A DNA stretch of 64,000 nucleotides. Source: Chiloscyllium plagiosum. Its lineage: Eukaryota. The first letter of the stretch is position 1. Every line of letters starts with the position of its first letter. The notes under the pieces are model-generated. The model did not search any database. It was not told the origin of the DNA and saw only the letters and a list, made by a program, of their open reading frames with translations. The stretch covers positions 105,306,338 through 105,370,337 of the forward strand of contig NC_057710.1 of assembly GCF_004010195.1 (NCBI RefSeq), read 5' to 3'. Positions 13,259 to 25,380 of this stretch are shown one piece after another. Position numbers and translations under genes: made by a program.

Positions 13259-13380
13259 GAGAAAGTGAGGACTGCAGATGCTGGAGATCAGAGCTGAAAA
13301 ATGTGTTGTTGGAAAAGCGCAGCAGGTCAGGCAGCATCAAAGGAGCAGGAGAATCGACGTTTTGGGCATAAGCCCTTCTT
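13259..13380 (-). mobile_element. Second Penelope pLTR fragment (different subfamily), truncated within the hammerhead
   Basis: GAGAAAGTGAGGACTGCAGATGCTGGAGATCAGAGCTG...GACGTTTTGGGCATAAGCCCTTCTT, followed by another CAATGTTG at 13381-13388. Confidence 0.85.
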
Positions 13381-14409
13381 CAATGTTGTTGTGTTGTTTA
13401 AGGAAGACAATCCAGGAAATGATAAGCCAGTGAACCTTACATCAATAAAATTATTGGAGAAGATTCTTAAGTAGAGAATTTACTCACATTTGGAAAAGAA
13501 AGGACTTATTAGAGATAGTCAGCATGATTTTGTGCTGGGAAGACCTTGTCTCACAAACTCGCTTGAGATTTTTGAGGAAGTGGCACAGATGATTGCTGAG
13601 AGTAGGACAGTGGATGTTGTCTATATGGATTTTACTAGAGCATATGACAAAGTTCCTAATAGTAGGCTGGTCCAGAAGATTAAGTCACATGGATCCATGG
13701 TAGGTTGCTAAGTTGGATGCAAAATTGACTTAGTTAAAGAAGAAAGATGAGTCAATAGTCGTGAAAGGTCTTTTTCTGAATGGATGCCTGTGGCCAATGG
13801 TGTTCGGCAAGGATTCGTGCAGGGACCTTTGTAGTTTGCATTATATATAAATGATTTTTATGGAAATGTAGGTGGTCGGATGAGTATGTTTGCAGTCAAC
13901 CGCAAATTAGTAGAGTTGTGGACAGTGAGAAAGACTATTAAAGGATATAGAAGAATGAAGATCAGTTGGAAATTTGGGTGGAAAAATGGCATACGGAGTT
14001 TAATCGGATAAGTGTGAGGTGAAGTATTTTGGGAGTTTAAATGCAAGAAAAAAATATACAGTGAATGGCAGGATCGTTAGGAGCAGAGATATATAAAGGG
14101 ATCTTTGGGTCCAGAAGTGCTGTTCTGTGAAAGTGGAACTACAAATGGATAAGGTGGTAAAGGTGTATGACATGCCTGTGATCATCAGTCATGGCATTGA
14201 GTGTAAGTATTAGCAAGTCATGGTGCAGCTGAATAAGACTTTAGTTTGTCCACATTTGAAGTATATAGGAGGAATGCAAAGGCTTTGGAGAGGGTGCAAA
14301 AGAGCTTTAGCAGGACATTGCCTAGATCAGAGTGTAACAGCTATAAAGAGAGTTTGGACAAACTTAGATTGTTTTTGCTAAAGCATTGGAAACTGAGGGG
14401 TGACCTGAT

Positions 14410-14730
14410 GGGCGGCACGGTGGCACAGTGGTTAGCACTGCTGCCTCACAGCGCCAGAGACCCGGGTTCAATTCCCGACTCAGGCGACTGACTGTGTGGA
14501 GTTTGCACATTCTCCCCGTGTCTGCGTGGGTTTCCTCCGGGTGCTCCGGTTTCCTCCCACAGTCCAAAGATGTGCAGGTCAGGTGAATTGGCCATGCTAA
14601 ATTGCCCGTAGTGTTAGGTAAGGGGTAAATGTAGGGGTATGGGGTGGGTTGCGCTTCGGCGGGCCGGTGTGGACTTGTTGGGCCGAAGGGCCTGTTTCCA
14701 CACTGTAATGTAATCTAATCTAAAAAAAAA
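14410..14730 (+). mobile_element. Young full-length HE1-type tRNA-derived SINE
   Basis: A box TGGCACAGTGG, B box GGTTCAATTCC, CpG-rich body, (TAATC)n tail; near-identical to 39346-39667. Confidence 0.95.
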
Positions 14731-15609
14731 GTATGCGAGGAATGGATAAGATTGGTAGTCAGAGTCTTTTTCATAGGGTGGAAGTGTCAACAAAGAAGAG
14801 AGCATAATTTTAAGATGAGAATGAACAATTTTAAAGTAAAGGTTTTCACACAGAGGGTAGCTGCTTGGAATGCATTCCAAGGGAAGGTGGTAGAAGCTGA
14901 TACATTAACACAATTTAAGAAGCATTCAGACAGACAAGCAGGGAATACAGGGATACAGACCCAGTGCAGGCAGATTAGTTTAGAATGGCACCATCTTCAA
15001 CACAGTCATAGGGGTCCTGAAGGCCTATTCCTGTGCTGTATTATGTTTGAACTGATCCACAGACAAGGAACCATACAACACCTACCTGACAGGTGGCAAA
15101 ATGGCTTCAGGGTGGGTGTGGGTGTGGATGTGCTGGGAGCAATGTCGCCAGCACGATTCCTAATTTTTACTGTTCACTGCTTGCTGCCATCCCAGACCAT
15201 GACTCTGTCATACTGCCATGTCTGTGCCATGCTGCCACACAAGAAGGAATGCAACTGTAACCCCAGCTACTGAAAGCAGACTTCCTCTCAATAAATGTTT
15301 AAAGTCCTCTGATCTCTGTGTCAGAATGATTGAGTGACAGCATTAACTGGACCCGCAACTCTTAAATAGCACTCGGGTGGTAAATCAGGTTTTGCCCCTG
15401 TTTATCAACACAATTTGCTCACATTGTTTCTAGAACATGCATCTCTACATGTCTCCTTTTAACTAGACAGCTCTGCACTTACTGCACATGATGATAGCCA
15501 ATGTGATTATCATTTTACAAGCACTGGACTTCTACAGCAGCAATAGTTCTACAAATTGATGTTTGTGTCTTTGCTTTTTGATGCAGTATCCAGTGGGTAG
15601 AATCTGTGG

Positions 15610-16130
15610 AATCACAGGATCACAAAATCATAGAGTTGCTGAAGCACCAGAGTAGGCCATTTTACCCATCTTGCACACGATGACTCTTTGAATGATCGAT
15701 TCATTAATGCTATTCTATCTCCCTTCTCCCTATGATCCTGCACATTATTCGTTTCCCAGATAACAGTTTTATTCCCCCTTGAATGTTTGAAAAAACGCTG
15801 CCTCTAGCACACTCCCAGGTAATATATTCCATATCTCAACTATCAGTTTCATGAAAAAGATTTCATCATGAAGCATTTGCTTCTTTTATGAATGACTTTA
15901 AAACTATGCCCTCTCATTCTCAATGTTTGAACAAGTAGGAATTGTTTCTCACAATTGACTCTGTTCAGGTCCCTCATGAATTTGAACGTGTCTATCAAAT
16001 CTGTCAGATGTCTTTTCTCCAAGGAAAAGTCCTAACTTCACAAATTTATCTTCCTAATTAAAGTTCCTCATGCCTGGGAACTATGCTTGTTAATCTTTCC
16101 TGAACCAGCCTTCAATTCCTTTCTAAAATA
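15610..16130 (-). mobile_element. Old CR1 3' fragment
   Basis: Reverse of CR1 RT C-terminus and 3' UTR (CTATGCCCTCT, TATCAAATC, TTCTCCAAGGAAAA). Confidence 0.7.
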
Positions 16131-16398
16131 TCGAGCCCCTTTCTCTGCCAGTTGTCCACCAGTTCCACTAACTTGTCTGTGCCTTTTTGAAATTCAACTG
16201 AATCCTCCTCACAGTTCACAATGCTTCCAAGATCAACTTGTAAAGGTTCAGCTGACATTCAAATTTTTTTGATACATTTTTCTAACTGCTAAGCTTCAGA
16301 ATAATGTCCTAATTAACAACATAGTGGCTTGAGTAATCTTAAAATGTAAACTGCACATTAGAGGGACATCTTTGCTTAAATAGCCAGTGCTTATTCGA

Positions 16399-16718
16399 GA
16401 TTAGATTTGCTACAGTATGGAAACAGGCCCTTCAGCCCAACACCAACCCTCCAAAGAGTAGCCCACCCAGACCCATTCCCCAACCCTACATTTATCCATG
16501 ACTAATGCACTTAACACTATGGGCAATTTAATATGGCCAATTCACCTAACCTGCACATCTTTGGATTGTGGGAGGAAACCAGAGCACCCAGAGGAAACCC
16601 AGGCAGACATGGGGAGAATGTGCCAACTCCACACATTTGAGTCGCTCGAGGCTGAAATCAAACCCGGGTCCCTCCGCTGTGAGGCAGCAGTGCTAACCAC
16701 TGAGGCACCGTGCCGCCC
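16399..16718 (-). mobile_element. HE1-type SINE, moderately diverged
   Basis: Aligns end to end with 39346-39667 including the GATTAGATT tail. Confidence 0.9.
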
Positions 16719-16882
16719 CAAGATTGATGAGTAACTGAAACTCATAGGTGATATTCGTGACAATCATTATTTGCAAAGGATTGAAAAATAAGCTAACAAA
16801 TCTACTACTTGAATATTGCCCTCAATATTCCAATTTAAAAAAGAGTTGTTGGAGCAGAGTAGACAGGAGACTGTGTTGAGAC

Positions 16883-17126
16883 TGAAATAACTTCACAGGG
16901 GCTGGTATGCCCTTACCGAGCCACCCTTTAACCCTTTATTCATATGTGGAGAGTCTTTGACACTGATCCAGCTTCCTCAGAGTCAGCTGTCAGAGTGAAC
17001 AGAACCTCTGACACTTCTGTTCTTATCTGTCAGCCAGGGATCCCTGATTGGAACAGCTTAACAGTCCTAATCAGGGAATTTATATTCTATGATATCCACC
17101 TGGTTGACCTCATTACAATAATTACA
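16883..17126 (-). mobile_element. Solo LTR
   Basis: TG...CA termini (TGAAAT/ATTACA), 5-bp TSD GAGAC at 16878-16882 and 17127-17131, AATAAA on the minus strand near the 3' end. Confidence 0.8.
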
Positions 17127-17379
17127 GAGACCGCGTGGAATCTGACTCCATGGGAATTGCCCAGCAAATGAAAGGTTCCAGTGGACAATGCCCCTGCATT
17201 TAGAACTCTTAAAAAGAATCCCTTAAAGTCACAGAACTCACTGAAGCGAATAGTTACCAGAAAAAAAGTTATGAGATTAAAACTGTATTCTAACTCCTGG
17301 TTAACTATTAAACTGATACAATTCAGCACACCACTGATATTTGCCCACTGGTTTATGTCAGGTATAGACAGAAGGAACT

Positions 17380-17680
17380 GGGTGAATCCCTAGGAAATCA
17401 TAAGGGTAGCAGCAGTATACTCAAGAAGGAAATCAGGACATAGCTTTGGCAGATAGAATTATGAAGAATTGAAAGGGATTCTACAAATAGATTAAGAACA
17501 AAAGAATAACTAGAGAGAGAACAAGGCCCCTTAAAAGTTAGCAAGGCCATCTATGTGTGGAACCGTAGGCGAAGGGGGAGATATTAAACAAGTATTTCAC
17601 ATCAGTGTTTTGCTGTGGAGAAGGCTATGGAAGCTAGAGATTTGGGAAAATACATAGTGATGTCTTGAAAAGTGTCATTT
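17380..17680 (+). mobile_element. CR1 ORF2 internal fragment (between APE and RT)
   Basis: Aligns with 46430-46730 (GGCCCCTTAAA, TGTGTGGAACC, GTATTTCACATCAGTG). Confidence 0.75.
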
Positions 17681-18418
17681 TCTTTCTCTCTTATTTTACT
17701 AACCTCTTGTCGAAGAGCTCAGTCACAGCAATGGCATCAGTGATTCTATCAGTGGCAGCAAGTAGGCCCAATTCATGGCAGTCGGTAAGTGGGCCCAGCG
17801 CAGACTTGAGTGAGTCCAGCAGTATGCATGGTGGCAGCGTCGGAGGAGATTTTGGGTTCCCAGCTGCTTCTGCATCAACAAGGCAGTCCAAGATCCCACT
17901 CATGGCTACGAGGGCAGAAGCAGGTTTGTGTTTCTGAGAGCATCGACATCCAACACGGAGGCAGTGATGGAGGTGGGTTTGATCCCAGTGCGAGACTCAG
18001 TGACATCAGCAGCAGCTATATTGGCGAGGTGGGCCTGAAATGGACTCATGGTGTCGGCCGAGTCAAGCTTGGGCTGGTATGGTACCTGGAGGCATCTACA
18101 TTAGAGAAGGGCAGTGAGGACTCATCGTAGTGAGGGCTTTGGTGGAGGTGAGATGATGCCAAAGAATGGCACTTACATTCCAGCAATGGTGCATGGCAAA
18201 GGGGACTCGGCTAGGCCCATGGCCCATAGCAGACAACTTACCACTAAGGACTGCAAAGCTGAATGCTTCCCTTTATTTCTTTATTTTTCCTCTTTTATAT
18301 TTTGGTTTATTTTTCTGAGTCTTAAGAAGGCACTGGAGAATGGCAACACTGTACAGCCCCTTTTTTCTGTATTTTGTAACAAGATACATATAACAATAAA
18401 TAAATCAAATCAAATAAA
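17681..18418 (+). mobile_element. Putative non-autonomous retroelement with a Rex1-like 3' tail
   Basis: GC-richer, internally repetitive body ending in CTGTATTTTGTAACAAGATACATATAACAATAAA-(TCAAA)n; same tail on the minus strand at 31881-31931. Confidence 0.5.
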
Positions 18419-18420
18419 TG

Positions 18421-19020
18421 CAGTGGCTATATGAGCAGGTCAAAGGCTGGGAACACAGCAGCAAGTAACTCAACTCTTGATTCCTCAAAGCCTGTCCACC
18501 AGACATAAGGCAGGAGTGTAATGGAATACTTCCCACTTGCCTGGATGGCTGCAGCTCCAGCAACACTCAAGAAACTTGATACCATCCAGGACAAAGCAAC
18601 CTACTTGACTGACCACATGCACAAGCATCCATTCCCTCCACCCATACTCAGTGGTAGAAGTGAGCATTATCTTCAAAATACACAGCAGAAATTCACAAAA
18701 AGATTCTTAGACAGTGACTTCCAAACCCATGAACACTTTTATCTGGAAGGACAAAGGCAGCAGATACATGGGAACACCACCGACTGCAAGTTACCCTCCA
18801 AGCCCCTCATTATTCTGACTTGAAAATATATCATCGTTCCTTCACAGTCACTGGTCAAAATTCTGGTATTTCCTCTCTTAAGAGCATTGTGAGTTTACCT
18901 AGACCATACTAACTGTAGGGATACAAGAAGGCAGCTCACCAACATCTTCTCAAGGGCAACTAGGGACAGACAATAAATGCTGGCCAGCCAACAATGCCCA
19001 TGCCCCATGAGTGAATGTGT
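18421..19020 (+). mobile_element. LINE 3' fragment (CR1/L2-group, distinct from the main CR1 family)
   Basis: 'VMEYFPLAWMAAAPATLKKLDTIQDKA' is a non-LTR RT C-terminal motif; related fragment on the minus strand near 31200-31400. Confidence 0.75.
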
Positions 19021-19796
19021 TTTTTCTAAATAGTAGTCTAAGTGCACTATAGTTTCCTGGCTACATGGTAATCTAACCATCTAGCATGCTACCCACTTGG
19101 CACTCTACTTACCTAATGCCTTCACTACTTGGCACCCTAACCACACACTTACCTTCTATACTTACCCTTTCACAAAAGCTGTCAAAGTGACTGGCTACGC
19201 TGCTCGATATTCAATCTCAGAAATTGGCTCATTGACTGCAATAAAAGGAAGAATGGTTTCTGTGGTCATCACCTTTGCAGGATTCATGGGTTCCCTGGAC
19301 AAGTTCTTAACAAAAGGATCCTGTCCAGGAACCTCCAGCAAAATGAAGATACCTGGAAGTAAGTTGGTATGTTTCAATCCAATTGGTTCGGAAATGAGGT
19401 TTGGAAGACTGATTGGAATATCTGAGCCAATGTCGCAGGTAAAGGGTTTGGGAGAATGGACCATTTGCCAAGCATAGATTGAATTGATTCACTACCTGGA
19501 TGATATCATTCAGATAATCAGGGATGGTCAAAACTTTACATTGTGAATGATCAAGTGCAAAGAGTGAAGGTGATTCACCGTCTTCTGTGGGTGAAAATAA
19601 ATGCCTGTTAAAGGACGTTACACCTGTCTAATCAGGAAGACGTTTGGATGCACCAGATGCTGGTTAGAATCTAACATTACCAAACCAAAGATATTGGGCC
19701 TGCCAGGACAGAACACTTTGTTTTACCAGGTAAGACAGTCAATAGAGGCTATAAACCATGGTCATGTGTTGCATTGTATTGATCACAACCATACAA

Positions 19797-20198
19797 GTCA
19801 TAGTCATAGAGTCACAGAGATGTACAACACCGAAACAGACCCTTCGGTCTAACCCGTCCATGCCGACCAGTTATCCCAACCCAATCTAGTCCCACCTGCC
19901 AGCACCCGGCACATATCCCTCCATAACCTTCCTATTCATATACTCATCCAAATGTCTTTTAAATGTTGCAATTGTACCAGCTTCCATCACTTCCTCTGGC
20001 AGCTCATTCCATACATGCACACCCTCTGTGTGAAAAGGTTGCCCCTTAGGTCCCTTTTATATCTTTCCCCTCTCATCCTAAACCTATGCCCTCTAGTTCT
20101 GGACTCCCCCAACCCAGGGAAAAGACTTTGTCTATTTATCCTATCCATGCCCCTCATAATTTTGGAAACCTCTATATGGACACCCCTCAGCCTCCGAG
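19797..20198 (-). mobile_element. CR1 3' fragment, relatively young
   Basis: ORF 19987..20205(-) 'RRLRG..IEV.KIMRGMDR...RTRGHRF..RGNLFTQRV'; (GACTCTAT)-type tail; GTCATA at both flanks. Confidence 0.9.
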
Positions 20199-21699
20199 GG
20201 GTCATAAAGGCCTTCTATCGCTCATTGGTATCAGCTTGGATACCTTACAATCAAAGTGTCTGAAACATTTCATTTTCATCATAACTTGTTGATATTCCAG
20301 GCCTACACCTCAATGCCAATTAACTCATTTTGGTGCAGGGCAAAGTTTGTAGTAATGTAAAAACACTTTTTCCGCTCAGTGCTGTAAATTAAAATTCAAG
20401 TCTTTGTAGCATGTAGCCTGAATGGTTTCTGGGCAGAACCTATATTCTTTTATCTACTAAAGTAGAGGAGATTACATGGTGAGGTGTAATAGAATTTGGT
20501 AAGCTGCAGTTCCATAACAATGGCTCTCTGCTTGATCACAAGCTGCCGTGGAAGTGCAGACAGAGGAGGCTTGTATCTGAATTGAATGGGTTGACCCATC
20601 GATCTGTTCCAAACAATTTGAGTGACTTGTTAAATCCTGTTGGCAGTCATTAATTTTCATCTTTTTTTTGTTGGAGCCAGAAGGAAAGAGTCCATTATAT
20701 GTGGCAGCAGAGTTAAAAAAGCTTCACTATTGTTGCAGCTTCCCATAAATGCAATAGCAGAGGTGTTGTTTTATGGTTGTACTTTTGCATGTTTTTCTAT
20801 ATGTGTGTTATGCAGTGTCCTGCGTTTTAGATCTTGCTCAGCCTAATTCTATTGTGATCTTAATGTGGTACATTACAGATCAATATTGATTTTTCTCTCA
20901 TGGCTATGACAATATTATCCAATTTCTGAGATAAATTCATATCTACTCATTTCTCCATGACCATGATTCAACATAATTCAATTGACCTCAAGGCTATTTC
21001 TCAATAAAATCAGTGTAAGAAGCACTACATTGACCTTTTTAAGTCACTTTACTTGACAGCTTTTATGGCTGATTAATTAAAAGACCTTGAAATTGATGCT
21101 TCAGGATATATTAATTTTGAAAAATATGTGGGTCCAGTTGGTTTATTGACTCCATTTAAAAACTAGCTATTCAAAATTTGCTAAGGCAGGGAATATTATT
21201 TCCCACAGTAATAAAAGTTAATAAAAATGGAATAAGGGTAATAATATCACTTCATAATACAATGAATCCACCCTTTGTGTATGTATGAGAAAGGTTGAAA
21301 TAAATATGTCAAAGTTTCTGTCACCTGCCTAGCTGCTGATTGAATGGCTCCAGGCTGTTTTGATGACATTTCAGTTGTGAGATGCTTCATTTGAAGCTGA
21401 GGAGTTCTACTTTAAAATTTTAGCTTTAATGCATGCCAGTTACCAAATGTCAAATCATAATAGCGAGGCGTTTGGAAATTTATTTTTAACCTTCTTGTAG
21501 TAGAGACTGATGTTGCAGCCTTTTATGCTGTTAACAAATTGCTCTTATCTGAAACATATGGATCTTACTATTCACAGAGACAAAAATCATTGGAGTAAAG
21601 GAATGATGTATTAGCTAATATGTGATTCGACATCAGAGGGAGGGGGATACATCAAATACTGTTTTAACAACAAAATAATTGACACCATTGCTCCTTTCA

Positions 21700-21950
21700 T
21701 GGATCTACTTCTCAGGGCAAGGCTTTAACCAGTTATGATTAACATGCATGTTTTAAATTGTAACACAAGTCCAGCAATTAACTGTCAAGCATCATTAACT
21801 GATGCATTGTCCATAGTAACACCTCAACCAATCAAAGTACATTTGCTAACCAGTCACAACTGTTCATATAAATTAAATATGTTGCTTTTCTTCATAAATT
21901 GATATTCTTGTCCTTGTAAGTACAAGATAAAAAGTTTCAATAAAGTGTGT
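21700..21950 (+). repeat. Old dispersed repeat related to 44480-44706 (candidate PLE pLTR)
   Basis: Shared CAGTTAACT..CATCA.TAACT.GATGCATT and CAATCA.AGT.CATTT..AACCA blocks; hammerhead position decayed. Confidence 0.55.
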
Positions 21951-23184
21951 CCTTTTTGAGCAAGGTTTAAGCTCCGTACTGTCACAGATGAATTCGCTAG
22001 AGACTGTATAAAATTTGAATGCATGGTATGTGAAGTTATCAGACAATTTTCATTTGACAGAGGATTTGGCATTGGTACAGGCAGCCCAATTTATTATGCA
22101 GGCAAAAATTAAAGCCTAACATCAGTCATTCTGCAAGGAAACAAAAAGAATTCTTCTGACATGATCAGATGGGTAGGCCCTGAGATGGCATCGTTGTCCG
22201 CTCAAAATCCTGCCTGACTGCAAGAACAGTGTGAATTAATATAATCAATGTAAGTTGTAAGAGATGTGGTTCCAAACAGAATCAAAGTGCAATGAATGCC
22301 CAACAGGGGAAAACAAGGGCTGTCAGTGTGGCCAGTCAGACTCTTCAGAAAATATTGTAAGTTAACAGAACCTCCTTTGCTTCAAAAACAAAGAAAACTT
22401 CAGGCAAACAAAAAACTTCCAGTGAAGTTGGAATTATGCAGAAATAAGATATATAAAAACATCAAAGTTACTGACCGATAGTTTCTAAAGAACAACGTAC
22501 AGTGTTCCCAGGGGAAGTGAAAGGGAGTTGAAACAGATTCTGGATCATCAGCATAAAAGTACAAATTTTTAAATGAATTTCAACTCCAGAGAGGAATAGG
22601 TTTCTCAATACTGGCAGACAGACTGCCATAGTTAGACATTCTGCAAGTCAGAGCAGAAAACAGAGAACTGCAATGTCCAGGCAACACCAGTCCATGGACA
22701 AACCACAATGAAACTTTGATGAAATGTTAGTGGAAGCTCTTTGGGCTGAATCACCTGGCGTTTTTGCTGAGCCCAAGTCATGTTGGGTTTGGTGGAGTGA
22801 TTCTCACTCTAAGGCTGTGCAGGTTTTCTGGCTGTATCTAACTAAATTCACCATATTAATTGGGTTTTAAGCCATTGATTTCAGCCCCATTTTACTGCAC
22901 AGTGTTTCTAGAACACCATGCCATTCACTGGATATTCCAGAACTCACCACTCACAATGGTATAAAAGACCTACACAATCTTTTAAAGGGCAATGCCAGTT
23001 CAGAACTGCCCTGCATAATTCATCACATTGGCCTGGCCTGAAGTAAAGAAGGTTCTGTTAACTTGCAATATTTTCTGAAGGGTCTGACTGGCCATACTAA
23101 TAGCCCTTGCTTCACCTGTTGGACATTCATTGCACTTGTGATTCTATTTGGAATGACAACTCTTACAACTTACATTGATGGGGG

Positions 23185-23380
23185 AAGCTGAGGTCCTAGA
23201 GATCTTGCAAGATGGGATAGAGCTAAGGTGGCCACCCTCTTCCCCTCGAAAACAGCAATGGAAGTCATGATTCTAGACCAGGCTAGCACACTCCAAGATC
23301 AGTACCCAGCTTAAAGAACTCTCTTTTCATCTGAAGCCGTACAACAAAATTAAATGACTTTCTCCATTCTGCTCGGGTAA
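23185..23380 (+). pseudogene. Harbinger-type Myb/SANT-like ORF remnant
   Basis: 'VLEILQDGIE../TLFP...K.NDFLHSAR' followed by GTAA; parallels 43085-43282. Confidence 0.5.
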
Positions 23381-23489
23381 TTTCAACAAAATTCAATCAG
23401 AAACCTCACACTCACTCAATCTCTGCTACTACATCCATCTCCTTCCAAGGCTCTCGCTCCAACATTCTCACTATTGGAACTTAGGAATG

Positions 23490-24390
23490 TAGGACATTGG
23501 AATATAAGAACAGGAGTAGGCCATTCAACTCTTCGAGCCCATTCTCCCATTTAATGAGATCATAGATGACCTGTGGCCTAACTTCATATACCTGCCTTTG
23601 GCCCATAGCTCTTCATACTTTTGTTTAGCAAAAGCTTATCTATCTCAGATTTAAAATTAACAACTGATACAGCATCCATCAATATTTGTGGCTGAGAGGT
23701 CTAAATATCTACCACCTTTGTGTGTAGATGTGTTTTGTAACATCTCTCTTGAATGGTTGTGCCCTAATTCTCAGACTGTGCCCCTTTGTTTGAGAATCCC
23801 AGACCAGTGGAAATAGTTTACCTTTATCTACCCTGTCTTTACCTATTAAACCCTTGAAATCTTTGATCATATCATCCAATATCCATTTAAATTCTCGTGA
23901 AAACAGGTCTATTTCATATAACCTCCTCACATAACTTAATTCCTGAAATTCAAGTATCATTCCTGTAAACCTACATTGGACTTCCTCCAAGACCAAAACC
24001 TTTCTAAGGTATGGTGCTCAAATCTGCCCGCAACACACCAAATAGAGGAAGGTGAGGACTGCAGATCAGATTCAAACAGTGTGTTGCTGGAAAAACACAG
24101 CATGTCAGGCAGCATCTGAGGAGCTGGAAAGTTGATGTTTCAGGCTGAAGCCCTTCATCACAGTTCCTCGGATGCTGCCTGACATGCTGTACTTTTCCAG
24201 TGCCACACTTATCAACCAAATAAGATCTAACCAGGGTTTTGTAGAACTGTGCCTTCATACTCCAGTCCTCTTGATATAAAGTCTGGCATTTCATTAGCTT
24301 TCGTCATTATTTTTCATGCCTGTTTATGACATTTTAAAGATCTAAACACCCGAATCCCCAAGTTTCTTTCGGCATCCACTCTATTTTGCT
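23490..24390 (-). mobile_element. CR1 3' part (continues at 25380-25945)
   Basis: ORF 23709..23996(-) 'LEEVQCRFTGMI...GHSLRIR..FKRDV...TQR'. Confidence 0.85.
24045..24214. mobile_element. Fold-back Penelope pLTR mini-insertion
   Basis: Same fixed end GGTGAGGACTGCAGAT; minus-strand TGATGAAGGGCTTCAGCCTGAAACATC; inverted arm; TSD ACCAAATA at 24037-24044 and 24215-24222. Confidence 0.85.
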
Positions 24391-24404
24391 TCATGTTTAA
24401 CTGT

Positions 24405-25380
24405 TTATCGGACTGTGGGCCTGTGACCAATGATGTTCCGCAGGGATCAGTGTTATATCCACTGTTTGTTGTACACAAACAATTTAGATAAGAAGATAGG
24501 AAGCATGGTTAGTAAGTTTGGTGGTATATTGGTGGTATAGTCAATAGTGAAGATCGATATTTAAGAGTACGATTGGATCTTAATCAGCCGGGCTAATGGA
24601 CTGAGAAGTGGCAGGTCAAGTTTAATATGAATAAATACTAGGTGTTGTATTTTGGGAAGACAAACCAGGGCAAGACTCACACAGTAAATGGTAAGTTCTC
24701 GGGGAATATTGTCGAACAAAGAGACCTAAGGGTTCAGGTACATAGTTCCTCGGAAGTGGCGCCTCAAGTAGACAGAGTCATGAAGAAGGTGTTTGGCATG
24801 GTTGCCTTCATTGGTCAAAGCATCGAGTACAAGAGTTGGGCTATCATGTTGCGGTCATATTTGATATTGGTAAGGCCACTTTTTTGGAGTCATGCATACA
24901 GTTTTGCTTGCCTTGCTGTGGGAAGGGTATTATGAAATGAATTTACAAGGTTAAAAGGTTTGAGTTATTAGGAAAGGCTGGATAAGCTGGGACACTTTTC
25001 CTTGGAACATAGAAGGTTGAGGGGTGACCCTATGGAGGTTTACAGAATTGTGAGGGACATAAATAAGGTGAAAGCAAAGGTCTTTTCCCTAAATTAGGGG
25101 AGTTCGAAATTCAGAGGCATAGCTTTAAGGTGAGAAGGGAAAGATTTAAAGTGGGCTTCAATGCCACTTTTTCACACAGAGGGTGTTGCATATGTGGAAT
25201 GAACTGCCAGAGGAAATAGTAGATGCAACATTTAAAAGACATTTGGACAGGTACATGATTAGAAAGGGTTCAGAGGGATGTTGGCCAAATGCAGGCAAAT
25301 AAGACATTTAGCTTTGGATTTCTGGTCAACATGGACAAATAGGACCGAAGGGTCCGTTTCCGTGCTATATGTCTCTATGC
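24405..25380 (+). mobile_element. CR1 3' fragment nested in an oppositely oriented CR1
   Basis: VPQGSVL box at ~24435, ORF 24642..24935, 3' UTR ending CTATATGTCTCTATG. Confidence 0.85.

Larger units (their letters stand above)
10090..15050 (+). mobile_element. Near full-length degenerate CR1 LINE (ORF1 esterase, ORF2 APE+RT) with nested insertions
   Basis: ORF1 esterase ~11080-11500; APE start ~11620; RT 'SQHDFV..CLTNSLE..DVVYMDF..AYDKVP' (13490..13711), QG-GP box, 3' UTR ~15000-15050; 5' end approximate. Confidence 0.9.

Noticed and set aside
14410-14490. tRNA gene
   Set aside because: A and B boxes belong to a SINE head followed by the SINE body and tail
19097-19790. Processed pseudogene of ribosomal protein S4
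   Set aside because: Only scattered short word matches (AGFM, KPW) with wrong spacing
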